A DNA stretch of 64,000 nt from a virus. Made by a program: the position numbers and the translations under genes. The notes beneath the pieces are model-generated. The model was not told the DNA's origin. It searched no databases and saw nothing but the letters and a program-made list of their open reading frames with translations. Location of the stretch: the IMG/VR virus record IMGVR_UViG_3300037307_000721; one strand, 5' to 3'. Below are positions 28,718 to 37,672 of this stretch, one piece after another (within the stretch, counting starts at the first letter, position 1; the number at the start of each line of letters is the position of its first letter).

Positions 28718-29448
28718 TGGCAAGCTGCACGGAGTCGATGAGACATTCAAGGCTCTCTACGGGCGCGTGAACCCGCGCCCCGAGGAGTCCATCGCGGAGC
28801 GTCTCGAGCGTGCCAAGAAGCGGCACGCAGAACTCGCCGACGGTGAGCCGGCCCCGGGCTCGCCGGTCCCCGCGGGCTGGCCCATCCTGGTCGTCGGCCA
28901 GGAGCTCAAGCAGGTCAAGGGCTGGAAGATGGTCATCGAGTCCGTCGACCTCGAGAAGCAGGTCATCATCGTCAAGCCCGTGCGGAGGTAGGGTCGTGGC
29001 CGAGACCGAGAAAGAGCTTCCGTTCGGAGCCCATGGGTTCCAACCACCGCCGTGGACGCCGACGCCCTCGGTGCTTGGCGACCACCTCATCGACATCCTG
29101 CCGTCAGGGCGACCCGGCGTCGTGCTCTACGGCGTGCCGAAGAAGCTCGCGCGCAAGTTGATCTTGACGGCCAACAGCTTCAGCAGGTGACCCATGCCCA
29201 AGTGCTTGCTCACACCGACGCAGAAGGCGAAGTACACCAAGACGTTCTTCATCCGCGTTCAGCTCTGGACACCCGAGGGCAATCGCATCGAGATGGAGAT
29301 GCCCTGGGTCTCGAAGCGCGAGGGTGGCCAGCTCCTGAAGCGCATGACCCTGATCTGCGGCGCGACCCACGAGGGCCGGACCAACGAGGACTGGGAAGCC
29401 CTCGCGATGGAGGGACTCGCCCGGGACAAGAAAGCGAGAGCGAAATGA
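28704..29448 (+). CDS. three small hypothetical ORFs (28704-28991, 28996-29190, 29194-29448)
   Basis: Tight co-directional spacing. Confidence 0.55.
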
Positions 29449-30392
29449 ACGACAAACCGATCGTCTTCTACCACAGCGCGGACCTCGACGGGAAGGGCTC
29501 GGCGGCCATCGTCGCCTACCACGAGAAGAAGCTCTGGGACCGCGAGTGCGAGTTCTACGGGATCAACTACGGAGACCCCTTCCCGTGGGACAAGATCACC
29601 GAGGGCCGCAAGGTCTACATGGTGGACTTCTCGCTCCAGCCCTACCCCGAGATGATCAAGCTGGGAGAGCTCTGCGACCGACTCGGCGGCGAGCTCCACT
29701 GGATCGACCATCACCGCTCCGCCATCGTCGAGATGGAGAAGCTCGGCAGGCCCAAGGCCTTCACCGCGGTCGAGGAGGGCAAGGCCGGCTGCGAGCTGAC
29801 CTGGCTCTACTTCAACCAGGACAAGGAGCTCAAGGACATTCCACACCCGGTCATGCTGCTCGGCCGCTACGACGTCTGGGACGAGAAGTGCGCCATCGTC
29901 CCCTGGGACCACATTCTGGCCTTCCAGTACGGCATGCGCCTGCAGGAGACGGAGCCCGAGAGCGAGCTCTGGCCGTGGCTCTTCGGCGCGCATGGCATCG
30001 ACGCCGAGGTCGACCGGACCAAGGCCATCGTCGCTGGAGGCCACGCGGTCCTCAAGTATGAGGCCAAGCAGAACGAGATCGCGATGTCGGCCCTGTCCTT
30101 CGAGACCGAGTTCGAGGGCCTGCGCGCCCTTGCCGCCAACCGCGGCCCTACCAACTCGAAGCTCTTCGACTCGAAGTGGGACCCCGAGCGGCACGACATC
30201 ATGATCAGCTTCTACTGGTCGCATCGCGGCGAGTGGAAGCTCTCGCTCTACACCACCAAGGAAGGAATCGACTGCGGAGACATCTGCAAGAAGCACGGCG
30301 GCGGTGGGCACCCCAAGGCCGCGGGCTTCCAGTGCAAGACGCTCCCCTTTGCCATGGAGAAGAGAGATGCAAGTGCCCAGACTGCCCTCTGA
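29445..30392 (+). CDS. DHH/DHHA1 phosphoesterase
   Basis: YHSADLDG, VDFS, WIDHH, HGGGGHPKAAGF. Confidence 0.92.
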   Translation: MNDKPIVFYHSADLDGKGSAAIVAYHEKKLWDRECEFYGINYGDPFPWDKITEGRKVYMVDFSLQPYPEMIKLGELCDRLGGELHWIDHHRSAIVEMEKLGRPKAFTAVEEGKAGCELTWLYFNQDKELKDIPHPVMLLGRYDVWDEKCAIVPWDHILAFQYGMRLQETEPESELWPWLFGAHGIDAEVDRTKAIVAGGHAVLKYEAKQNEIAMSALSFETEFEGLRALAANRGPTNSKLFDSKWDPERHDIMISFYWSHRGEWKLSLYTTKEGIDCGDICKKHGGGGHPKAAGFQCKTLPFAMEKRDASAQTAL

Positions 30393-32143
30393 TCAGCTTC
30401 TGAAGCTGAAGGCGATGATCGAGCAGGGCCCGCCACCGGAGCCCGGTCCGGAGAAGCCCGGACGCCTGATGCAGATGATGACGGCCTTCGAGCAGCGCTA
30501 CAAGCAGGGCAACAACGGCCGCGACCCCACGCCCATGGAGTACATGGGCTACCTGGTGCACATCCTCGACCACAAGGCCTGGGAAGAGGCCATGATCAAC
30601 TACCAGCAGATGAAGGCGGTCTGCGAGGCGCACGAGAAGCCGCTCATCGAGCGCCCAGGCTTCATCCCGCCCAAGGACCTCAAGCTCGTCGGACCGGAAG
30701 GGAAGTGAACGCCATGCAGATCGAGAAGAGCATGATCCCGACCCTCTGGTACGAGAACGAGAAGGGCGAGCGCTTCGTCCCACCCGAAGGGGGCGAGCCC
30801 GCGCCCGAGGGCTTCATCTACCAGCACACGCAGTTCCCGCGCTCGCTGCACCACCTCGTTCTCCGCGCGGTCTTGCGCGAGGAGGTGGACGCCTGCGAGC
30901 ACCCCGACGAGGACGTGCACGCGACCGGTGGCTGGATCGACGGCGTCGAGGGCCGCGAGTGCAAGCGCTGCAACGGCACGCAGACGCGCAAGACCGGCGA
31001 GCCCTGGCCTGACGACTGGGAGGCCGACGGCGCGCGCCAGCTCGTCCACGGCGAAAACAGCTGGCCGGAGAGCCTCGCGCTCGCCATGGCCAACTCCGGC
31101 AAGTGGACTCTGAGCGAGGCCATCCTCATCGCGGCCAATAGCTGTGAGCGCTGCATGAACGCGCTCGCGCACGAGTACGGCCTCGACTGGGGCTACCCTC
31201 TGCACAGCGAGGACTGGCAGAAGGCGAACACCTCCTGCGCGTTCTGTGCCGATGAAGCACCACCTGTCCGAGGGAGCAACCGCCATGACCTTGCCCGAGC
31301 TGCTCCAGAGGGCGCTTCGGGAGCTACCGAGCCTGCTGCCTAGCTTCCTCGTCGAGGAGCTGGGTGGCCGAGAGCGCATCGCCGAGCGACTCAGTGACGA
31401 GGGAACGCGGGCGAACATGCTCGTCCTGGCCACCCTGAAGATCGCGCACGACGCGACCTTCGGGGAGCAGGAGTACGTGCTCGCCGAGCTCGAGACGCTG
31501 GCGAAGACCTGCCCCGGCGCCGGGGCCGACGGCCTGACGCCGGTGCAGGCGGCCAGCGCGGCCTACAAGACGGCCATGCGGGTCGTGCGCCACGGGAGAG
31601 GCTGATGCCCATCGAAGCCGTGCGGCTCGCCAACGAGCCCCCGTCCCTCGAGCAGTGCCCCAAGTGTGGGGCGCAGCCCTTCTCACCCTTCATGCGAGGA
31701 CAGGTCCAGAAGTCGGGCCTGGGCTTGCTCCTCGAGTTCTGGCGGGCCTGGCGGCAGAAGCGCGCTCCGCGCTACTGCGCCGTCATCTGCTGGGCCTGCA
31801 AGGAGATCGTGGGGTACGAATGAGCGCCAGCTACGACCACCACAAGGCCGAGACGTGGTTCTACGACGCCGACGAGGAGTGCAAACCGCACGAGATGCTC
31901 GTCCTCGCCAGTCTCATCGCGCACCCGGACCTCGAGGAGCTCGTGGCCCACGAGGGCATGGGTGGCATCGAAGCGGTGCTTGTCAGCGAAGGTGCCCGTG
32001 CAGCACTCTCTCGCTGGCACGAGATGCCGCACTGGGAACGCGGCAACGCCCTCGTCGCCTTCGCCGAGCAGATGAAAGAGACCGTCATGAACGTGGCGCG
32101 CCGCGAGTGGGCTCGGGCCCGGCGCGAGGATGGCGAGACATGA
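30367..32143 (+). CDS. five hypothetical ORFs (30367-30708, 30705-31343 Cys-rich, 31285-31605, 31605-31823 Zn ribbon, 31820-32143)
   Basis: Coupled overlaps and coding-like composition. Confidence 0.55.
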
Positions 32144-32685
32144 GCGCCGAATCCCCAGCTGTTGCCTGCATCGGACGCCGAGAGGTGTACCTGCAATCCA
32201 TGCGGGCCTACCTCGAGTTCGTCGGCGCCCACTACGTCGAGCGCGGTTTCATCCTCACCACGGGGAACGCACCCGGCTCCGACCAGCTCTACGCGCTCGG
32301 CGCCATGATGGTCGACCCGACGAAGGTCGAGCTCTATCTGCCCTGGAAGAACTTCGAGAAGCGCGCGGTGGTCGACGGCAACAAGGTCTGGGTGGCCTCG
32401 CAGGCCTGGGAGAAGCACATCGAGCTCGCCGCCTCGGCTTCGCCTGGCTGGGACTACGGCATCCGAGAGACGGTCAAGCCCCTGATGATCCGCAACGCCA
32501 TGATCATCTATCGCTGGGGCCAGCCCGTCGACCTAGTCCTGGCCTACCCGAGCTACCACAAGCACGGGTGGTCCGGGACAGGCCACGGGATGCGCGTCGC
32601 CGCGGCGCTCGGGATTCCGGTCTGGCTGATCGATCGTGGTTGTTTCTGGAATCCAGCCGACGGAATGCCGCAAGAAGCGCCCTGA
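32140..32685 (+). CDS. SLOG-superfamily (DprA/YpsA-like) protein
   Basis: ACIGRR, TGNAPGSD, YLPW, RNA.II, SGTGHGMRVA..LGIPV. Confidence 0.78.
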   Translation: MSAESPAVACIGRREVYLQSMRAYLEFVGAHYVERGFILTTGNAPGSDQLYALGAMMVDPTKVELYLPWKNFEKRAVVDGNKVWVASQAWEKHIELAASASPGWDYGIRETVKPLMIRNAMIIYRWGQPVDLVLAYPSYHKHGWSGTGHGMRVAAALGIPVWLIDRGCFWNPADGMPQEAP

Positions 32686-32710
32686 TCAGCAAAATTCCAG
32701 ATGATAAAAA

Positions 32711-32740
32711 TTGACGAGCGATCTTCGCGTGGCGTATGAT
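32711..32740 (+). promoter_or_regulatory. sigma70-like promoter
   Basis: TTGACG-18-TATGAT. Confidence 0.65.
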
Positions 32741-32772
32741 GCGGCTTCCAACCTCACACAGGAGCGTCCGCC

Positions 32773-33459
32773 GTGAACCTACTCTGGGCCAAACCGCTCG
32801 TCATGATAGAGGGAAACATCGGCAGTGGCAAGAGCACCGCCGGCAAGAAGCTCTCCTCGATTCTCAACCTTCGACTCCTCGACGAGCCCGTCGACGAAGA
32901 ACTCCTCGACCTCTTCTACAACGACAAGGACCGCTGGTCCTTTCCCTTTCAGATCGAGATGCTGCACGCCCGCTGGGCCATGCAGATGAGCGCCGCGTCC
33001 GAGACCATGGTGGCTGGCGGCTACGATGGCTCCATCCTGGACCGGTCGCTCTGGGGCGATCTCGTCTTCGCTCGGGCGTTGTTCGAGGCCGGCAAGATGC
33101 ACAAGAAGGAGTTCGAGATCTACCTCAAGGCCGTCCGGAACATGGCCCTGGTTCTCTACCCGCCGACCGTCCTATTGTACCTGAACGCTCGCCCGGAGAC
33201 CTGCCTCGAGCGCATCCGGCAGCGCGCCCGGCCGCAAGAGCAGGGCATCACCCTCGAGTACCTGCAGACCATCCACAACGGCTACCAGCAGCTCGTGGCC
33301 GAGTCCCAGAGCGGCGCCTTCCCCTGGTCGCATGCAGTGCGCTGTCTGGTCGTCCCCTGGGATCCCCGCACCGTATCGGACGTGGAGTGGTCGCGCACCG
33401 CCGAGATGCTGCGCGAGACCTGGGAGAGCACCCTGCAGCGCGGCGGGCGCTCACGGTGA
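32773..33459 (+). CDS. deoxynucleoside kinase
   Basis: IEGNIGSGKST, EP, FQ, DRS motifs. Confidence 0.93.
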   Translation: MNLLWAKPLVMIEGNIGSGKSTAGKKLSSILNLRLLDEPVDEELLDLFYNDKDRWSFPFQIEMLHARWAMQMSAASETMVAGGYDGSILDRSLWGDLVFARALFEAGKMHKKEFEIYLKAVRNMALVLYPPTVLLYLNARPETCLERIRQRARPQEQGITLEYLQTIHNGYQQLVAESQSGAFPWSHAVRCLVVPWDPRTVSDVEWSRTAEMLRETWESTLQRGGRSR

Positions 33460-34124
33460 GCGGCCCAGACAATCTGGTGCCCGAGCTCGAAGGGTTGCGC
33501 GCTCTCTTCGAGAAGGAATTCGGACACGACCACGAAATCGGAGAGCGCGAGCGCAACCTCCTCGTCGCCTGGGAGCGCCGGGTCCGCGAGCGCGTGCTCG
33601 CCGGCGCACCTTCGCCCATCGCCGAGCCCCACCGGTGGCGACTGCCTGACGAGCGCCTGAGCCTCACCCATTGCTTCGCGATGACGGACCCGGAGGGCTT
33701 CATCGCACGATGCCCCAAGTGCGACTGGGGCTGGCAGGAGGCCATCGAGTACAAGGCCTACCTCACGATGGGCATGTACGACGACGGTCGCCTGGGCGAG
33801 CTCTTCTGCACGATCTCGAAGGAGGGTTCCTTCGTCTCGGGCATCATGGACGCCCTGACCTTCGTGCTGAGCGTGGCGCTCCAGCACGGCGTGCCGCTCG
33901 AGAGCTTCACGCGCCGCATGCGCTTCACACGCTTTCAGCCCTCCGGCATGGTCGTCGGCGCGCCAACAGAGCTCCGCGGCTTCTTCAGCTCGCTGCTCGA
34001 CTACCTGGCGCGATTCCTCGAGCACCGCTTCCCCGAGGGCGTCGAGAGCTCGAGGCACCCCAGGCCCGAGCCCGAGCCCGAGCCCGTGGAGATCGAGGCC
34101 GAGCCCCCGGAGAAGTCGTCATGA
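33456..34124 (+). CDS. stand-alone TSCPD-domain protein (class II RNR C-terminal-like)
   Basis: YLTMGMYDDGRLGELF...KEGS.VSGIMD...SVALQHGVPLE..F..F.PSG...SSLLDYL. Confidence 0.82.
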   Translation: MSGPDNLVPELEGLRALFEKEFGHDHEIGERERNLLVAWERRVRERVLAGAPSPIAEPHRWRLPDERLSLTHCFAMTDPEGFIARCPKCDWGWQEAIEYKAYLTMGMYDDGRLGELFCTISKEGSFVSGIMDALTFVLSVALQHGVPLESFTRRMRFTRFQPSGMVVGAPTELRGFFSSLLDYLARFLEHRFPEGVESSRHPRPEPEPEPVEIEAEPPEKSS

Positions 34125-34732
34125 GTCGAAGCGAGATGCACCATACGGAGCTGCAGAGCAAGTTCATCTACTCGCTCATCGTCGCGGGCAAGTCCGCGGG
34201 CTTCGCCAACGATGCCCTCCAGCGCCTCTTCGAGCGCCTCACGCCCTGGCCGGTCTTCCCCTACCCCGAGGCCATCCACGGGCCCTGCTCGCCCTTCGAG
34301 GCCGTACGCACCTGGATCCATCGGGGCGAGCTGCTCGAGCGCCTGCAGCGAGCCCGCACAGGCAACTACCGCAAGCTCGACAGGGCGCTTCGAGAGGCCA
34401 TCCGGCTCTGGCAGGGCCGCGTCCTCGATCTCGCCAGCTGCACACCGGCCGAGCTCGAGCGCATCCCGGGCGTCGGGCCGAAGACCTCGCGCTTCTTCAT
34501 CGTCTGGACGCGCCCCGAGGAGAACCTGGCGGTCCTCGATGTGCACGTGCTCCGCTGGATGCGCGGCCTGGGCTACGAGGCGCCCGCGAGTACGCCGGGC
34601 ACGAAGCGCTACGCCGAGCTGGAGAAGGCCTTCATATCCGAGGCGAGCAAACGTGGATTGACACCCCGCCAGCTCGATCTGAGAATCTGGGAGGCCGCGT
34701 CCACCGCGGCCAACATCATACCTGGAGGATGA
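34121..34732 (+). CDS. HhH-GPD DNA glycosylase (OGG/EndoIII-like)
   Basis: LERIPGVGPKTSRFF, VLDVHVLRW, LDLRIW. Confidence 0.83.
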   Translation: MSRSEMHHTELQSKFIYSLIVAGKSAGFANDALQRLFERLTPWPVFPYPEAIHGPCSPFEAVRTWIHRGELLERLQRARTGNYRKLDRALREAIRLWQGRVLDLASCTPAELERIPGVGPKTSRFFIVWTRPEENLAVLDVHVLRWMRGLGYEAPASTPGTKRYAELEKAFISEASKRGLTPRQLDLRIWEAASTAANIIPGG

Positions 34733-35184
34733 CCATGGAAGAGAAGGAAGTCACGGCCGGCTCCGAGCTGGCCCGTCGTTTTCAGGAGAGCTGCCGCAGC
34801 ATCTACGCGGCGCATCGCTACGTCGTGACCGTGCCCGAGACGCCCGACAAGGACGGCATGCTGCCGACGATGAGCGTCTACAACGACCCCTTCACCGATG
34901 AGCTCTGGGTTGGCCGGGCGCACATCGAGGGAGAGCGAACCCTCGCCCAGCGCCTGGTGGAGGAGCGTGCCATCGACGTCTGGATGCTCCCGCGTGGCAA
35001 CGGACTGGCCCGGCGCGTCCACGTCGACTTCGAGGGCCTGCGCTCGCTGCCGCTCGAGCTCGACACGTCGCGAGACGCTGTCGCCCTCGAGTGGGTCGCG
35101 CTCAAGAGCGCTCGCTGCTCGACGCCGACCGATGTCCCCTTCGACGAGATGCCCGAGAACATCCGCAACCTGCGACCCCGATAG
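34729..35184 (+). CDS. hypothetical protein
   Basis: 151 aa, coupled. Confidence 0.55.
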   Translation: MTMEEKEVTAGSELARRFQESCRSIYAAHRYVVTVPETPDKDGMLPTMSVYNDPFTDELWVGRAHIEGERTLAQRLVEERAIDVWMLPRGNGLARRVHVDFEGLRSLPLELDTSRDAVALEWVALKSARCSTPTDVPFDEMPENIRNLRPR

Positions 35185-35199
35185 AACAAGGAGACGAAC

Positions 35200-35700
35200 A
35201 TGACCCACACCCTCAGCTGCATCATGGCGGCGGTTCTGCTGACCGCCTGCCCCCACAACACGCCCGACCCCAACACGCCCCAGAAGGACCCCTACGCCAT
35301 CGCCCGGGCCGTCATCCAGGGCGCCCAGCTCACGCTGCTCGGCGCCGACGGCGTCTTCGAGATCACCGTCGCCTTCATGGACCCGGCCAAGGTGCCCGAC
35401 ATCCGCAAGGACTACCTGCGCATCCGCGCCGCGGTGGTTGCCGGGCTGAAGATCGCCTCGGATGGCGTGGACGTCGCCGAAAGCCAGAAGGCCGGCTTCG
35501 ACATCGTGAAGCTCCTGGCCCAGGCCGAGACCGCCTACCAGGACATCCTCAAGTTCCTCGGCGACCTGAAGGCGCCCGCCGGCCCGACCTCGCGCGCGGT
35601 CTACGGCGTGGCGAAGTACGGCACCAGCAAGTGGGGCGAGAAGTACAAGGACCCCGAGCTCGAGAAGTTGCCCAAGACCCTCCTGCCCGCCGCGAAGTAG
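35200..35700 (+). CDS. lipoprotein
   Basis: AVLLTA|C lipobox; AAGGAG RBS. Confidence 0.7.
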   Translation: MTHTLSCIMAAVLLTACPHNTPDPNTPQKDPYAIARAVIQGAQLTLLGADGVFEITVAFMDPAKVPDIRKDYLRIRAAVVAGLKIASDGVDVAESQKAGFDIVKLLAQAETAYQDILKFLGDLKAPAGPTSRAVYGVAKYGTSKWGEKYKDPELEKLPKTLLPAAK

Positions 35701-35739
35701 CTCTCCCCGTTTCCCACTCGTTGCTGCAGAACCTCTTGC

Positions 35740-35760
35740 GATTCGCCTAGCTGGCGAGTC
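35740..35760. terminator. hairpin at convergence of gene blocks
   Basis: GATTCGCC-TAGCT-GGCGAGTC; no clear U-tract. Confidence 0.35.
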
Positions 35761-35826
35761 GATGGCCCATCTCGTTTCCCGCTCGCTGCATAGCCATCAA
35801 CATGCCTCCCCCCCGACCCGACGTCC

Positions 35827-35856
35827 AGTGTACACGAGATATGCCTTACTTGTCAA
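35827..35856 (-). promoter_or_regulatory. sigma70-like promoter
   Basis: TTGACA-18-TACACT. Confidence 0.55.
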
Positions 35857-35875
35857 CACAAGTCGCACTCGATAG

Positions 35876-35950
35876 CACGCGCGACAGGGTTCGAACCTGC
35901 GACCTCCCAGATCCTTGGTCTGAGTGCTCTGCCAGCTGAGCTACGCGCGT
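35876..35950 (-). tRNA. atypical tRNA, anticodon undetermined (9-nt loop ACCAAGGAT)
   Basis: ACGCGCG/CGCGCGT acceptor; canonical D and T arms. Confidence 0.6.
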
Positions 35951-35961
35951 ATGAGGTCAAC

Positions 35962-35991
35962 TTATCCACAGATTCCACAGCTTTGTCCACA
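35962..35991 (+). promoter_or_regulatory. DnaA-box cluster
   Basis: TTATCCACA (35962), GATTCCACA (35971), TTGTCCACA (35983). Confidence 0.6.
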
Positions 35992-35992
35992 G

Positions 35993-36075
35993 TGGGGCGG
36001 GGAGGACTCGAACACTCCGACCCTCCCGGGGCGCCAAGGCGCCGGCGGGATGCTCTACCGCTGAGCTACCGCCCC
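35993..36075 (-). ncRNA. tRNA-like RNA with anticodon loop replaced by GC hairpin
   Basis: GGGGCGG/CCGCCCC acceptor; D arm; TCCCG-[CCGGCGCCTTGGCGCCC]-CGGGA; TTCGA T loop. Confidence 0.6.
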
Positions 36076-36089
36076 GAAAACCTAATCAT

Positions 36090-36383
36090 TCAGCGCAAGA
36101 GGGGCAACCTCCTCACGTGCCTTTTCACGACGCTCCGCAGTGCGGGCTCGAGGCCCAGGGCCATGAGCTCGCCGGCGAAGGGCTCGTCGTTCTCGCGGAC
36201 CTGAACGTGCCTGATCCCGGCGCGAGAAAGGCCCCTGGAGAGCTCCTCGAGCTCGCCAGGGCCGCTCGCGGCCAGGATGACGGCGTAGGTGCCTGCCGGC
36301 AGCCGGCCGGGGCTAGACTCGCCTGCAGCGTGACAGATCTGGGCCGCCAGCATCCCGCGAGGCAGGTCGCTCCGGACGATCAC
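36090..36383 (-). CDS. peptidyl-tRNA hydrolase 2 (PTH2)-like
   Basis: (HY)VIVRSDLPRG..AAQICHA...ALGLEP...LPLL; true start unclear. Confidence 0.8.
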   Translation of the reverse strand: MIVRSDLPRGMLAAQICHAAGESSPGRLPAGTYAVILAASGPGELEELSRGLSRAGIRHVQVRENDEPFAGELMALGLEPALRSVVKRHVRRLPLLR

Positions 36384-36637
36384 GTAGTGGGTGAGGGGAT
36401 TGAAGGGCTCGGTTCGAAGGGCCAGATTAAGGCTGCATTTTCCGCTTCCCGGTTGGTGACGTACTCCAGGATGAGTCTGGTGAAGGCCCCTGTCAAGGCC
36501 TCAGCCACCTGTTCTTGCTTTTCGCGGGACGCAACAACCTCAGTCGCGCAGGCCCAGCAGAGGGCCTGCGTTACGCCGGTGAGATGACCGGTGGCGGGGT
36601 GCGAGGCACCCCGACATTTGGTGCACGGAAGAAACAA
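36380..36637 (-). CDS. hypothetical Zn-finger-like protein
   Basis: CTKC...CWAC; TTG start. Confidence 0.35.
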   Translation of the reverse strand: MFLPCTKCRGASHPATGHLTGVTQALCWACATEVVASREKQEQVAEALTGAFTRLILEYVTNREAENAALIWPFEPSPSIPSPTT

Positions 36638-36723
36638 AGTAGTTGCGCGTTGATGGACATGCTCTGAGCCTAATATGATGGCTCAGGCTGAAATGTCAAG
36701 GGAAAAGTGGGAAGTAGGGGCGA

Positions 36724-37548
36724 CTACCTGGTCCAGTCGCGCGGCGGTCGGCAGAACTTCTGGCCAGGGAAGGCATTGGGCGTGCCCACGATGGGCTTCT
36801 TGCGCGTGTCCACGCCGCGCTTCTGCAGGCCCTCCTTGGAGTCGTAGTGGAGCTCGACGACCTCCTCAGGCGAGTCGCTGGCGCGCTCGAAGGGGACCTC
36901 GTGGACCCGATGGCTGGCCTTGTCGCCGAAGCCCGTGCCCAGGCTGGGCTGGACCTGGTTGAAGTAGACCGACTGCGGCTGGTCCGGCGAGGGCGCCGCG
37001 TTCTGGACTGAGCAGGTCGTCCCGGACGCGCCGGAGTCGACGAGCTGGCTGGCGTTGAGCTCGGAGCTCACGTCGCAGTCGAAGGTGGCCCCGCGGTAGG
37101 TCACCGGGTCTCCGCCCTTGAGCAGAGAGTCACCCATGGGGCAGCTGCGCAGGATGCGCCACATGGGGTCCTGGCGTTCCATGAAGAGCGCGCAACCGAT
37201 GACGCCCACGTTGCGCGGCTTGCCGGTCTTGGCTGCATAGGACTGGCCCGGGGTGCTGAAGAAGAACTTGGCGATCTCGTCCAGGTTGAGCCGCCAGCCC
37301 GGGATGTCGATGAAGTCGTGCGCGTCCAGGATGTACCCGCTCGAGTCGAAGCTCGCCTCCTTGCCGTCCATGACGGAGAGGCCATCGACCGAGGGCACGA
37401 CGAGGACCCTCCGGTCGGTCCTGTTCCGGATGCGCAGCGTGAACTCGCTGCCCTTCCGTCCTTCGATGTAGGTCTTGCCTTCGTGACGGTACTCGCGCAC
37501 GGGCTTGCCGTGCACGCGCACCTCGAGCTCGAGATGCTTCGCTTCCAT
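36724..37548 (-). CDS. conserved hypothetical beta-sandwich protein
   Basis: YIEGRKGSEF.LRIRN...SVDGLSVMDG...GY...IPGWR...GVIG.A.F pattern. Confidence 0.7.
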   Translation of the reverse strand: MEAKHLELEVRVHGKPVREYRHEGKTYIEGRKGSEFTLRIRNRTDRRVLVVPSVDGLSVMDGKEASFDSSGYILDAHDFIDIPGWRLNLDEIAKFFFSTPGQSYAAKTGKPRNVGVIGCALFMERQDPMWRILRSCPMGDSLLKGGDPVTYRGATFDCDVSSELNASQLVDSGASGTTCSVQNAAPSPDQPQSVYFNQVQPSLGTGFGDKASHRVHEVPFERASDSPEEVVELHYDSKEGLQKRGVDTRKKPIVGTPNAFPGQKFCRPPRDWTR

Positions 37549-37672
37549 GATCTTGTCCTCCTGGGCCGCATTTCGCCGAGCCCCGCGCTCGGACTTCTCG
37601 GCCCCTTCGGGGCCGAGAATACCGCGGGGCCGTTCGGGGCTGCAAGGGCGAAGATTCTTGACTAGGCCCGAT

